Notes: a model not told the origin generated them from the letters alone. 64,000 nt of DNA from Alphaproteobacteria bacterium (GCA_003139615.1 PLJH01000134.1:3705-67704); one strand, 5' to 3'; shown: positions 20,983 through 32,053, counted from the stretch's first letter. A program made the numbers and translations.

Positions 20983-23900
20983 CTAATCCGCCGTATCGTG
21001 GGTGTTGATGACGTTGGAGCCGGAGTTGGTCGTGTCGGTTTTGACGTGTTCGATGTTGTTGCTCGTGCCGTCGAGATCGATGCCTGTGTCGGCGGTGACG
21101 TTCAGAACCGTGGCGTTGATGTTGCCCGTGCCATAAATTTCGCCCAGCAGCGATGTCAGCGTCATCTCGTTGGCATGCAGCGCGCCGCTGTCGACGAGAT
21201 CGCCCGTTGTCGTGTCCAGCGATATTCCAATGGCCCCCACGGTTCCCGTGACAGTCAGGGTTTGATTGTTGGTCAGGTAGAAATTGGCATCGTTGACGTC
21301 GAATGTGCCCAGATCGGTTATCGAATTAGCGCCCTGGAGGTTCGTCGCGCCGTTTGCGCTTCCGGTGAGCGTTTCCGCCGTGATGACGCTCGATTTCGGA
21401 TCCTGCCAAATCCCGGATCCCGCTTGCAGGTCGACAGTGCCGCCGGCCGTCAAATCGCCGGCAATGACAATGCCGTTGGCTGTGGTGATCAGCGACAGAT
21501 CGCCCGTTCCGGCATTAACGGCTCCGACCACATCGAGCGTGTCGCTGTTCGTGAGCGAGAATCCGCCACTGCCGACATTGCCGAACTGACCCAATCGCGC
21601 GATGTCGTTCGCGCCGTTGAGTGTGACGCCGTTTTCCGAAGTGCCGCGTAACAGACCCGCCGTAATCGCTCCGTCGCCGCTCTCGGAAATCGAACCCGTC
21701 GGATCGTAGAGCCAGAGGGTACCTGTCCCGACATCGAGATCGGTGTTGATGTTGAACGTCGCGGCGGAGTCGTCGATGAAGAGATTTGCATTGGGGGCGA
21801 ACCCGCCAGACGTCGTGTAAAGAAAATCGGTACCGGTGTTACTGCCCACGGCGGTATTGAGCGCGCGGAAGAGTCCAGTAGCGCTGCTGGCGCCGCTCTT
21901 CACGCGCAACTGGCCTTCCTCGATTTCGAAATCGCCGTCGCTGCCGAGCATGTTCCCCGCGTACGCATTACCGGGCGTGCCGTTGGTCAGATAGGCGAAC
22001 ACCGGACTGCCGGAATTCGAAATCGTGTCCGGCGCGAGCAAGAGATAATAATAGCCGTTGGCGCCGGAGTTCATGTCGACGGCGGGCGTCACGCTTTCGC
22101 CGTTGACGAGCAGCGACACGTCGAGTCCCGAAACGTCCGTCTTGCCGTTCGACGCAACCGTAAAGCCAGCAACGACTTGCGGTGCGCCGTTGAATTGCCA
22201 TTGCAGATACGGATAGCTTACGCCCGGAACGATCGCCCACACCAAGCTGGAAAATCCACTCGGCAGGCCGGCCTGCAACGCCGCGGTCGTCTCGCCCGCG
22301 ATGCCGCTGTCGTTTGCGACATTGCCGGCGCCCTGGCTGAGGTTCGTGATCCCGCTCGCGTGGGTGTCCCAATAGGACGACGTGATGTGGCCTGCGGTGG
22401 CGAAGTCGTCGCCCACCAGCCCGCCGACGTCCGTGCTGCCGCTGACCGCACCTGCGGAGTAAGTGGCGCTGATCGTTCCGTCGTTGGTCCCGGCCAGGCC
22501 GCCGACATAATGGACGCCGCTGGCCGCGCCCAAGGCATAGGAGTCGTCGATTGTGGCATAGTTCGCTCCAATCAGACCGCCGACATCGTAGGAGCTGTTC
22601 CCGGCGCTGACGGCGCCTGTCGCATAGGAATATTCGATCACGCCTCCCTGACCGTTTCCTACCAAACCTCCGATGTCTGAATCGTTGCTTCCCGAGGCGC
22701 TGACGGCGCCTGTTGCATAGGAGTTTTCTATCGTTCCGGTGTTGTACCCTGTCACCCCTCCGATACCGGAACTGACAGAGCCGGAGCTGCCGACCGAGCC
22801 TGTTGCAAAAGAACCGTCGATCATGCCGCCATTGTTGACCCCCGCCAGCCCACCGCCATATCCGTCGCTGCTGTTGACCGCGGCCGTGGCATAGGAATCG
22901 TCGATCGTACCAAAGTTCAGTCCGACCAGCCCGCCGACATCGTCGTCTCCGCTGATCGAACCGCCAACCAGCCCGAGATCGCGGATTGTGCCGTTCGCCT
23001 TGCCGAACAGGCCAACAAGACCCGTCGTGGGCAAATCGACGGTCAGATTCGAAATTGTGTTGCCGAGGCCCTCGAAGATGCCGGTGAATCCGCTGCCACT
23101 GGCGCCAAGCGGAATCCAGCCGGTCGTGCCGGACGCATCGAGCGAATTAGCCAGCGCGTAGTTGCCGGTGAGATTGCTGTTGATCGCCTGCGTCTCGGTC
23201 ATCGAATAGACGAGGGTGTAGTTCGTGCTATTGATGGCGAGCGTGCCGCCATTGTTTGTGGTGCCGTATGACACGTTGCCGGCAAAACCACTGGAACCCA
23301 GATCGAAGCTCAAAACCCCGCCCGTGCCGCCGTCATCGGTCTTGAGCACGAGGCCGCCCGCGCCCGAGATCGTGATCGGTGCCGCGATGTTGATGGAATG
23401 ATAGGAATCGAGCGTGAGTGTAGCCGTCGAGTTCCAAGTAAGCGCGCTCGCAACCGTGATGTCGCCTTCGCCAGACGTCTGGTTGCCCGTGCCGGAAGCG
23501 GCGCCGGATGTTGTCTGTTCCAGCACGCTGGTGCCACCGTTAAGTGCCAGATCGATCGTCGTCGCCGCACTGGAATCGATGGTGAGGTCTTCGGGGTCGA
23601 CGTTCCATTGGCCGCCTTTGCCGGCAGTGATGCGGCCGGAGAAATTGGCCGTCTCACCGGAGGTCTCGATGTGTCCGCCGCCGGTTGCGCCGGCTGCGTT
23701 CAATGTTCCCGTCGTGGTCAACGTGCCGTTGCCGGCGTTGAGATAGATCGTACCGCCGACATTCTCGACGCCCTGCGCGGTGATGATGCCGCTCATGTTC
23801 ACGATGCCGGTGGCGATGCCGTTGGCGGCGCGCGCCGTCATCGAGACATTTGCGCCGGACAGGAGGCCCGTATTGATCGCGGATGCACGCGCGTTCACGT

Positions 23901-24579
23901 CACCCTGCGCGGCGAACGACACGAGCCCGTCGCCCGTGAAGTCCACGGTGAATTTGTTCGCCGCACCCAGCGCGACCGTGCCGAGCTTCGCGTTCACCGT
24001 GCCGGTGTTCGTCGCATTCGGCGCAACGAGTGCAACCACGCCGCGGCTTGCCGCAGTGATGGCGCCGTTATTGACGACGGATGCGTTCTGTTTGCCGGCT
24101 TGTGTGAATTTGCCCGAGAGCAGATCGCTGTCCGAACCGTCGGTCGACGTCGCGATCAGCGAACCGACATTGACCTGCGCGCCTTTGCCGATGACGAGGC
24201 CGTTGCCGTTGATCAATACCACGCGCCCGTTGGCATCGAGCGTGCCGAGAATCTGTGACGCGCTTGCGCCGCCGATCCGGTTGACCGCGATGGCTTGCGC
24301 ATTCGGCTGGTAGAATTGCGTCGTCTGTCCACTGCCAATGTTGAAGCTCGACCAGTCGATGACGACGTCTTCGGATTTCTGGTTGACGCTCGTCTTGTTC
24401 GACGATGTCGAGATCGAAACCGATCCCGTCGTCGCCGCGCCGCCGACAGGATTGGCGGAGGCCGGCGCGACGGAGAGAGGCGTTATCGCCAAGAGACCGA
24501 TTCCGCAGGCAACAGCTACCGGAAGGCGAAACGAGGCGGACGATTTCAACGTAACGCGCAAGGAAATGGCAGACGACAT
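20983..24579 (-). CDS. Filamentous haemagglutinin-like exoprotein 2, paralogue of 17070-20759
   Basis: Near-identical N-terminal domain, GLUG repeats, same C-terminal LNVTAxTGIDLDGT...NSGSNVI. Confidence 0.88.
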   Translation of the reverse strand: MSSAISLRVTLKSSASFRLPVAVACGIGLLAITPLSVAPASANPVGGAATTGSVSISTSSNKTSVNQKSEDVVIDWSSFNIGSGQTTQFYQPNAQAIAVNRIGGASASQILGTLDANGRVVLINGNGLVIGKGAQVNVGSLIATSTDGSDSDLLSGKFTQAGKQNASVVNNGAITAASRGVVALVAPNATNTGTVNAKLGTVALGAANKFTVDFTGDGLVSFAAQGDVNARASAINTGLLSGANVSMTARAANGIATGIVNMSGIITAQGVENVGGTIYLNAGNGTLTTTGTLNAAGATGGGHIETSGETANFSGRITAGKGGQWNVDPEDLTIDSSAATTIDLALNGGTSVLEQTTSGAASGTGNQTSGEGDITVASALTWNSTATLTLDSYHSINIAAPITISGAGGLVLKTDDGGTGGVLSFDLGSSGFAGNVSYGTTNNGGTLAINSTNYTLVYSMTETQAINSNLTGNYALANSLDASGTTGWIPLGASGSGFTGIFEGLGNTISNLTVDLPTTGLVGLFGKANGTIRDLGLVGGSISGDDDVGGLVGLNFGTIDDSYATAAVNSSDGYGGGLAGVNNGGMIDGSFATGSVGSSGSVSSGIGGVTGYNTGTIENSYATGAVSASGSNDSDIGGLVGNGQGGVIEYSYATGAVSAGNSSYDVGGLIGANYATIDDSYALGAASGVHYVGGLAGTNDGTISATYSAGAVSGSTDVGGLVGDDFATAGHITSSYWDTHASGITNLSQGAGNVANDSGIAGETTAALQAGLPSGFSSLVWAIVPGVSYPYLQWQFNGAPQVVAGFTVASNGKTDVSGLDVSLLVNGESVTPAVDMNSGANGYYYLLLAPDTISNSGSPVFAYLTNGTPGNAYAGNMLGSDGDFEIEEGQLRVKSGASSATGLFRALNTAVGSNTGTDFLYTTSGGFAPNANLFIDDSAATFNINTDLDVGTGTLWLYDPTGSISESGDGAITAGLLRGTSENGVTLNGANDIARLGQFGNVGSGGFSLTNSDTLDVVGAVNAGTGDLSLITTANGIVIAGDLTAGGTVDLQAGSGIWQDPKSSVITAETLTGSANGATNLQGANSITDLGTFDVNDANFYLTNNQTLTVTGTVGAIGISLDTTTGDLVDSGALHANEMTLTSLLGEIYGTGNINATVLNVTADTGIDLDGTSNNIEHVKTDTTNSGSNVINTHDTAD

Positions 24580-24768
24580 GAAGGCCCCCCACAAGCAGGA
24601 GCAGTCTTGCGAGTGTCGCAGGCGAGACTGCTTCCTGGATTGATTCCGGAACGGAATGCGCAATCCCACCATGCGCAACGGCAGTTCAGTCTATTCGAGC
24701 AAACTTATCAACCCTGCGGCGGGCGCCTGCGCAGGATTGCGATCGTCTTTCGGATGCTGCGTAAGTGT

Positions 24769-27672
24769 CTAATCCCGCAGGCGAAACGGACGTTGCCACC
24801 AGCCTTTGCGTGTGGGCTGCTCGGGCGCTTGCGTTGCTGCGATTTGGGTCGTGGCAACCGGCGCAGGCGCTGCGGCCAGCGTTTCCTCGACTGCCGCCAC
24901 TCTGTGAGATGTCGCGGCAACTTCGATTTTTTCCACAACAGGTGCGGCATGGCGCTCGGGCGTTGGCTGTGCGGCGAGCGACCAGACAGGCGCGGACGGC
25001 GCATTCGGAGTCACGCTGGGCGCATCGAGGTTGACGCCGACGTCTTCGTGCGCGTTGTCGGAATGCGAAGCGTCGTCTTCGAACGCCTCGTTTTCATTGG
25101 CACTCGTATCGGCGTGAGCGCCCTCAAGGTGCGGAGCATCGTTGACGCCGAAGGCCTGACCGTCGCGCTGACCGCGTCCACGCCTGCGGCGGCGGCGCTT
25201 GCGGCGACCGCCTTCCCCAGGCGCGCCCTGCGCCAATTGACCTTGAGATTGAGGGCCCTGCAATTGCGCACCGTCGCGGTGCGGCTCGAAAGGCGCGTCG
25301 ACCGGCGCTGCGCCGTTCATTTCGCTTGCAACAGGCGAGGCGTTCTCGCCTTCGCCAAAATGCTGCGGGGCGATTGACGGAGCACCGTTGTTCTCAGATC
25401 CCACGGTGGGGCGGTCGCGATCGCGTCCACGCCGACGACGGCGGCGTTTACGGCGTCCGCCTTCGCCCTGAGGCTGACCGTCTGCGCGCGGTTGTCCTTC
25501 GCGCACTGGGCCGTCGCCACGAGGCTGTGTGTCGTCATGCGCCTGTTGCGGCCGCTCTTCGCCCGCATCCTCTTCATCCTCGACGTCGACTTCTTCGACT
25601 TCCGTTTCCTCGACTGTCTCGGGTTCGAATACCGGTTCCGGCGGCGGCGCGAGTTTGGGCCGATCGTCGGGTGTGCGCTGGCCGATCCGGTCGATTTCGA
25701 AATTGCCGGCGACGACGCCCTCTTTCGGCTCGAACTGGATGATAACGCCGTTGTCGGCTTCGATGCGCGCAAGCTCGCGGCGTTTCTGGTTTAACGTATA
25801 TACGGCCACATCAACCGCCACACGCACGACAAGCGTATAAGCGCGTTGACGTTGACCCTCTTCGTCGAGCGCGCGCAACACGCGCAGCGCCGTCGATTCC
25901 ACCGAACGCACGATGCCCTGGCCGCCGCAATGGGGGCAGGGGACTGTCGATCCGGCAATGACACCCGCGCGCAAGCGTTGGCGCGACATTTCGAGAAGGC
26001 CGAACTGGCTGATCTTGCCGATCTGGATCCGGGCGCGGTCGTTCTTCACCGAGTCGCGAATGCGCTTTTCGACATTGCGGTCGTTGCGGCCGTCTTCCAT
26101 GTCGATGAAATCGATGACGATCAGGCCCGCCAGATCGCGCAGGCGGAGCTGGCGACCGATTTCGTCCGCGGCTTCGAGATTGGTCTTGTGGGCGGTTTCC
26201 TCGATCGAATGCTCGCGTGTGGCGCGGCCGGAGTTCACGTCGATCGAGACGAGAGCTTCCGTCTGATTGATCACGATATAGCCGCCGGATTTGAGCGTGA
26301 CGGTGGGCGAGAACATCGCATCGAGCTGGGCTTCGATGTGATGGCGCTGGAAGAGCGGAACGGGTTCTTTATAAGGCTTCACGTTCTTCGCATGGCTCGG
26401 CATGAGCATGCGCATGAAATCCTTGGCGTTGCGGTAGCCGTCATCGCCTTCGACGATGATCTCCGCCACATCCTTGTTGTAGAGATCGCGGATGGCGCGC
26501 TTGATCAGGTCGCCTTCCTCATAGACGCAAGCCGGCGCGTTCGATTTGAGGGTGAGCTCGCGGATCGTGTCCCACATGCGCAGCAGATATTCATAGTCGC
26601 GCTTGATCTCGACCTTGGTGCGGTTCTCGCCCGCGGTGCGGATGATCAGGCCCATGCCCTCGGGCAATTCGAGCGCCTGTGCCGCCGATTTGAGACGCTT
26701 GCGGTCATTCGCATTGGTGATCTTGCGCGAGATGCCTCCCCCGCGCGGTGTGTTCGGCATCAGCACGCAATAGCGGCCTGCGAGCGAAAGATAGGTCGTA
26801 AGAGCCGCGCCTTTGTTGCCGCGTTCTTCCTTGACCACCTGAACCAGGATGATCTGCCGGCGTTTGATCACTTCCTGGATTTTGTAATGGCGCTTGCGGG
26901 TCCAACGCTGCTGCGGCCGTGAAGACTGCAGCGGCTGGGCAGGCTGCATGTCCTGCGAGGTCTCGCCGCCGGATTCCTGCAAGCCGTCGCCGGGCATCTC
27001 GGCAAATTCGGAATGCGGGTTTTCGAGACCGCCGTTTTCCGATGGCAGTTCCGAGTCCGCTCCCGGTGTTTCGTTGCCCGCAGCCGAGGCGTCTTCGAAG
27101 TGAGGCTGCTCGTCGGTCGACGACGCGTAATGCTCGGGCTGCGAGTTTTCGTTCTCGCTGCTTTCCCCGGCCTGCGTCTCGAACGAGTCATGCCGATGCT
27201 CATCACGGTGTTCATGCCCACCATCATGGTGCTCGTGCTCGCCGGACTCGTCTTCGTCCTCGTCGCGGTCGTCGTGCTCCGAGTCGTGTTCGGATTCCGA
27301 CCCTTCCTCGGACATTGCGTTCTCCTGCGCGGGAACGCTCATGGTCTCGACGGATTCGAATTCCTCTTCCGCGTGACGGCGCGCTTCTTCCTGCTGCTCG
27401 GCGAGAAGCGCCATCCGGTCGGCGACGGGGATTTGATAATAGTCGGGATGGATTTCCGAAAAGGCCAGGAAGCCCTGGCGATTGCCGCCATATTCGACAA
27501 AGGCCGCCTGGAGCGAAGGCTCCACGCGCGTCACCTTGGCGAGATAGATGTTTCCTTTCAGCGGCCGCTTGGTTGCGGCTTCGAAATCGAACTCTTCAAC
27601 CTTTTGACCGTCCAGGACGACGACCCGGGTTTCTTCCGGGTGGCTGGCATCGATGACCATACGTTTGGGCAT
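24769..27672 (-). CDS. rne: Ribonuclease E
   Basis: MPKRMVIDASHPEETRV, GNIYLAKVTRVEPSLQAAF, IDVNSG, DFIDM, CPHC zinc link, acidic and Arg-rich tail. Confidence 0.97.
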   Translation of the reverse strand: MPKRMVIDASHPEETRVVVLDGQKVEEFDFEAATKRPLKGNIYLAKVTRVEPSLQAAFVEYGGNRQGFLAFSEIHPDYYQIPVADRMALLAEQQEEARRHAEEEFESVETMSVPAQENAMSEEGSESEHDSEHDDRDEDEDESGEHEHHDGGHEHRDEHRHDSFETQAGESSENENSQPEHYASSTDEQPHFEDASAAGNETPGADSELPSENGGLENPHSEFAEMPGDGLQESGGETSQDMQPAQPLQSSRPQQRWTRKRHYKIQEVIKRRQIILVQVVKEERGNKGAALTTYLSLAGRYCVLMPNTPRGGGISRKITNANDRKRLKSAAQALELPEGMGLIIRTAGENRTKVEIKRDYEYLLRMWDTIRELTLKSNAPACVYEEGDLIKRAIRDLYNKDVAEIIVEGDDGYRNAKDFMRMLMPSHAKNVKPYKEPVPLFQRHHIEAQLDAMFSPTVTLKSGGYIVINQTEALVSIDVNSGRATREHSIEETAHKTNLEAADEIGRQLRLRDLAGLIVIDFIDMEDGRNDRNVEKRIRDSVKNDRARIQIGKISQFGLLEMSRQRLRAGVIAGSTVPCPHCGGQGIVRSVESTALRVLRALDEEGQRQRAYTLVVRVAVDVAVYTLNQKRRELARIEADNGVIIQFEPKEGVVAGNFEIDRIGQRTPDDRPKLAPPPEPVFEPETVEETEVEEVDVEDEEDAGEERPQQAHDDTQPRGDGPVREGQPRADGQPQGEGGRRKRRRRRRGRDRDRPTVGSENNGAPSIAPQHFGEGENASPVASEMNGAAPVDAPFEPHRDGAQLQGPQSQGQLAQGAPGEGGRRKRRRRRRGRGQRDGQAFGVNDAPHLEGAHADTSANENEAFEDDASHSDNAHEDVGVNLDAPSVTPNAPSAPVWSLAAQPTPERHAAPVVEKIEVAATSHRVAAVEETLAAAPAPVATTQIAATQAPEQPTRKGWWQRPFRLRD

Positions 27673-28114
27673 AAGGATCTCCGCGCGCCGACATCGCGCA
27701 CGAGTCCGCGCCGCGCGAACGCGGGCGTCGGAGACTCAAGGGGGATGCGGGTCGCATTGTTGGGCGCCGGAGCGTCGCCGCCTGCGGCGGGGCCGCTGGA
27801 TCGGTCGAAAGGGCTCTGGCGACGTTGAACATTGAATAAATCACATGAGGGACGACGGAACTCCATCGTCCGGAAAACCTGCTTTTTGCCGGGGGTCCCG
27901 CTAGGCTCCGGGAGCCTGGGATGTTCGGGCGACCGGATGTCAACCCGAGGATATTGCCGATCACCTTGCGGCGCAGCAGGTAAGGTCCTTTTAGGTGTCA
28001 AGTTGCGGCGCGGCAAGGGCAAAAGCCGCAATTCATCGTAAATTCGAGACCTGCTAACGAGACGTAAACGGTTTAAGACCAGTTTTCGCAAACAGGGTTT
28101 GGTAAACGTCGCTC

Positions 28115-29542
28115 ATGAAAAGCCTGAAGTTCATCGCGACCGGACTGGGTTTTGTCGCGTTCTGCGCCACCGCGGCCGCGCAGGATACGCCCGCGCCTCA
28201 GCCGAATCCCACGCGTCCGGCGATCTATACCCCCGACGCAGCACCGGTTTCCACGACGCCGGCCGCGCACCCGTCGTCCACTGACACCTTGGGTACGAAT
28301 CAGCTCCTTCCCGTCGTGATCGGGGCGCGCATCGGCGAGCATGAGGACCACACCCGCTTTGTGGTCGAGATGTCGGATCCCGTGAAACTGCGCGTCTTCA
28401 CGCTGGCAAATCCGAATCGCGTGGTGATCGATCTTCCCGAAGTGCTGTGGCGTTTGTCGGCTGCCGACAAGCCCACAGGTGCCGGCGTGGTCCGAAGCTA
28501 TCGCTATGGGCTTTTCAGGCCGGGCGATTCGCGTTTCGTGATCGATCTCAACGGCCCGGTCCGGGCTGCGCAGCCTGTGATCCTTCCGCCCGAAGGCGGC
28601 AACGGCTATCGCGTGGTGCTCGATCTCTTTCCGACGACTGAGGACAAGTTCGAACAGACGGCGGGTTGGCCTGCCGATCTCAGGGCCAAGGAGGCCGCCG
28701 CCGAGAGGGTCGCCGTGCTCGCGCCGGCAACACCGGCAACCACGCCTGCGGCTCAACCGGGCGCCGTTCCCAACGGCATCACGGCAATCCTCACGCAGCA
28801 GAATGCGCAGCCCGCATCGCAGAAGAAGATCGTCGTCATCGATCCGGGACATGGCGGAATCGATTCCGGCACAGTCGGTGTCGACGGCACGATGGAGAAG
28901 AATGTCGTGCTCGCCGAGGGCCTGAAATTGCGCAAGGCGCTTCAGCAGGCGGGCTACACAGTTTTCATGACGCGCGAGACGGACATCTTCATTCCGTTGC
29001 CCGAACGCGTGAACATCTCGCGGGCGCATGGGGCCGATCTGTTCATTTCCTTGCACGCGGATTCGAACCCGGATGCGAGTGTGAACGGGGCCTCGATTTA
29101 CACGCTGTCGGCGTCCGGTTCGGACAAGGAGGCGGTCGCGCTCGCGCGCAAGGAAAACCAGTCCGACATCATTGCCGGCGTCGACCTGTCCGGGGAAAAC
29201 AGCCCCGTGGCATCCATCCTCGTCGCACTCGCCCAGCGCGATACGATGAACCGGTCGTCGCGCTTTGCCGAGATGGCGGTGTCGGAACTCTCGCGGGCGA
29301 CGGACATTTTGCCGCGCGAACCCCATCGCTCGGCCGGCTTCGCCGTCCTCAAAGCCCCCGACGTTCCTGCCGTCCTGATCGAGCTTGGCTACCTCTCGAA
29401 CAGCCATGACGACGGCCAGATGACCACGGAACGCTGGCGCGATGCCGTGGCACGCGCTATTGCCGGCGCCGTCGACCGGAATTTTGCCTCCGGGCCGTCC
29501 CCGGCTCCGCCAGGCGAAACGGCGGTCCAGGCCGATAAGTGA
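28115..29542 (+). CDS. amiC: N-acetylmuramoyl-L-alanine amidase (AMIN plus Amidase_3)
   Basis: Signal peptide, AMIN domains, IDPGHGGID, SLHAD, VLIELGYLSN. Confidence 0.95.
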   Translation: MKSLKFIATGLGFVAFCATAAAQDTPAPQPNPTRPAIYTPDAAPVSTTPAAHPSSTDTLGTNQLLPVVIGARIGEHEDHTRFVVEMSDPVKLRVFTLANPNRVVIDLPEVLWRLSAADKPTGAGVVRSYRYGLFRPGDSRFVIDLNGPVRAAQPVILPPEGGNGYRVVLDLFPTTEDKFEQTAGWPADLRAKEAAAERVAVLAPATPATTPAAQPGAVPNGITAILTQQNAQPASQKKIVVIDPGHGGIDSGTVGVDGTMEKNVVLAEGLKLRKALQQAGYTVFMTRETDIFIPLPERVNISRAHGADLFISLHADSNPDASVNGASIYTLSASGSDKEAVALARKENQSDIIAGVDLSGENSPVASILVALAQRDTMNRSSRFAEMAVSELSRATDILPREPHRSAGFAVLKAPDVPAVLIELGYLSNSHDDGQMTTERWRDAVARAIAGAVDRNFASGPSPAPPGETAVQADK

Positions 29543-29575
29543 CGGACGGCCTTGCGGGCGTCATAATCAGGCGGC

Positions 29576-32020
29576 ATGAAGCGGCATCGGAAAGGCCGTA
29601 AGGGTATGTGGCGGCGGGTACTTCTTTATACAGGGCTGCTGTTTCTGTTCGTCGTGGTCGCCGGCGGGCTGACCGCTGCTGTCTACATCTATTCGTTCAC
29701 CCGCGACCTGCCGAGCGTCGAAGCGCTCCAGAACTATCAGCCCCCCATCACCACCCGCGTCTATGCCGGTGACGGCACGTTGTTGGGCGAGTACGCCCGC
29801 GAGCGGCGAATCTTCGTGCCGATCTCCTTCGTCCCGAAACTCGTGATCGACGCGTTCACCTCCGCCGAGGACAAGAATTTCTTCAGCCATCCGGGCATCG
29901 ATCCCAGCGGCATCATGCGTGCGGCCGTAAAGGACGTGTTCAACGTCATCCAGCACAAGCGGCTCGAAGGCGCATCGACCATCACCCAGCAGGTGGCGAA
30001 GAACTTCCTGCTCAACAGCGAAGTGAAATTCTCGCGCAAGATCAAGGAAGCGATCCTCGCAGTCCGCATCGACGCGACCTATTCGAAGCAGAAGATCCTC
30101 GAACTCTATCTGAACGAGATTTTCCTCGGACAGAATTCCTATGGCGTGGCCGCGGCCGCGCTCAATTATTTCGGCAAGTCGCTCGATCAGCTCGACATCG
30201 CGGAAGTGGCGTTCCTGGCCGCGCTTCCCAAGGCGCCCAGCAATTACGATCCGCGCACCAACAAGGCTGCAGCCCTCGAGCGCCGCAACTGGGTCATCGG
30301 GCAGATGGCCGAAAACGGATACATCACGGCGGAGCAGGCGCGCGACGCGATCGCAGAACCTCTGGTGACACAGTCGCGTCCGCTGGGTATCCAGGCGGTC
30401 GACGCGGATTATTTTGTCGAGGAAACGCGCCGTATCCTTTATGCAAAATACGGCCAGGCTGCGCTTTACGATGGCGGTCTCCAGGTCCGCTCCACGCTCG
30501 ATACGCGGCTCCAGAACTACGCCGTGAACGCGCTGCGCATGGGGTTGGTGCGCTACGACCGCCGCCATGGCTGGCGCGGCGCCGTCAGCAACGTCAACAC
30601 CAATAGCGATTGGAAAGATGCGCTTGCGAGCGCGGGCAACCAATCGGGCATCGAAACGTGGCGCGTGGCCGTCGTTCTCGGCTATGGCCCGGACAAATCG
30701 ACCGAGATCGGTCTGGACGACGGCAAGCGAGCCGAGATTCCCTTCAGCGAAATCCAGTGGGCGCGCAAGGAACTGCCGGGCGCGTCGGTTGGTGCTGCGC
30801 CCACATCGCCCGAAACGGTCGTCAAGGTCGGCGACGTGATCTATGTCGAGCCGGTCGATACCGCGGGCAATTACGGTTTGCGCCAGGTGCCGGAAGTGAA
30901 TGGCGCCATCGTCGCGATGGACCCGCATACGGGGCGCGTGCTGGCGCTGTCGGGCGGTTTCAGCTTTGCCTCCAGCCAGTTCGACCGCGCCATGCAGGCG
31001 GAGCGGCAGCCGGGTTCGTCGTTCAAGCCCTTCGTGTATGCCGCCGCACTCGACAATGGCTACACGCCGGTCACCAAAGTCGACGACGCGCCGATCTCGC
31101 TGCCGCAAGGCCCGGGACTGCCGATGTGGTCGCCGAAAAACTTCGAAGGCAAGTTTGCAGGCCCCACGACCCTGCGCCGCGGTCTCGAGCTTTCGATGGA
31201 CGCGATGACCGTCCGGCTCGCGTCCCAGCTCGGGCTCGACAAGATCACGCCGATCCCGATCCGCTTCGGCGTTTACGACAGCCTGCCGCCTTATTTGTCC
31301 AATGTACTCGGCGCGCAGGAAACGACATTGATGCGCATGACGACCGGCTATTCCGAGTTCGTCAATGGCGGCAAGAAAATCAACGCGACGTTGATCGACC
31401 GCGTTCAGGATCGCAACGGCGCCACCATCTATCGCCACGATCCGCGCGCGTGCGACGGCTGCAATGTCGCGACCTGGGAAGATCAATCCGAACCGATGTT
31501 GCCCGATACGCGGCAGCAGGTTCTCGATCCCACGACCGCATTCCAGATCGTGTCGTTGCTGGAAGGTGTCGTGCAGCACGGCACCGGCGTCGCCATCAAG
31601 GCGGTCGGCAAACCGCTGGCCGGAAAAACCGGAACGTCGAACGAGGCGAAAGACGTCTGGTTCATCGGCTTCTCGCCCGATCTTGCCTGCGGCGTGTTCG
31701 TGGGCTTCGACAATCCGCGCACGCTGGGACATCGCGAGCAGGGTGCTACGGTGGCAGCACCGATCTTCCGCGACTTCATGATGGGTGCTTTGGCGGACCA
31801 GCCGGGAACGCCGTTCCGGGTACCGCCGGGCATCGATTTCGTGTCGGTGGATTCGCATTCCGGCGCGCTTGTGAGCCCCGGCGCACCCGGCGCGATCCTC
31901 GAAGCATTCAAAGCAGGTACGGAGCCGGGCGTGGCGATCACCGACGCGACCGATCAGCCCGCGCAAACCAACAACGGTCCCGGTTCCACCGTGAGCCAGG
32001 GCACGGGCGGACTATACTAA
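29576..32020 (+). CDS. mrcA: Penicillin-binding protein 1A
   Basis: SAEDKNF, GASTITQQ, RKIKE, YLNEI; transpeptidase SSFK and KTGT. Confidence 0.97.
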   Translation: MKRHRKGRKGMWRRVLLYTGLLFLFVVVAGGLTAAVYIYSFTRDLPSVEALQNYQPPITTRVYAGDGTLLGEYARERRIFVPISFVPKLVIDAFTSAEDKNFFSHPGIDPSGIMRAAVKDVFNVIQHKRLEGASTITQQVAKNFLLNSEVKFSRKIKEAILAVRIDATYSKQKILELYLNEIFLGQNSYGVAAAALNYFGKSLDQLDIAEVAFLAALPKAPSNYDPRTNKAAALERRNWVIGQMAENGYITAEQARDAIAEPLVTQSRPLGIQAVDADYFVEETRRILYAKYGQAALYDGGLQVRSTLDTRLQNYAVNALRMGLVRYDRRHGWRGAVSNVNTNSDWKDALASAGNQSGIETWRVAVVLGYGPDKSTEIGLDDGKRAEIPFSEIQWARKELPGASVGAAPTSPETVVKVGDVIYVEPVDTAGNYGLRQVPEVNGAIVAMDPHTGRVLALSGGFSFASSQFDRAMQAERQPGSSFKPFVYAAALDNGYTPVTKVDDAPISLPQGPGLPMWSPKNFEGKFAGPTTLRRGLELSMDAMTVRLASQLGLDKITPIPIRFGVYDSLPPYLSNVLGAQETTLMRMTTGYSEFVNGGKKINATLIDRVQDRNGATIYRHDPRACDGCNVATWEDQSEPMLPDTRQQVLDPTTAFQIVSLLEGVVQHGTGVAIKAVGKPLAGKTGTSNEAKDVWFIGFSPDLACGVFVGFDNPRTLGHREQGATVAAPIFRDFMMGALADQPGTPFRVPPGIDFVSVDSHSGALVSPGAPGAILEAFKAGTEPGVAITDATDQPAQTNNGPGSTVSQGTGGLY

Positions 32021-32053
32021 ACACAGCCAACGTCGCGGCGAACTCCTCATATT

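Noticed and set aside
29567-31966. Long antisense ORFs (e.g. 29567..31966, 166..774, 51812..53446, 34779..36134)
   Set aside because: Arg/Ala-rich shadows opposite well-supported genes, expected at high GC
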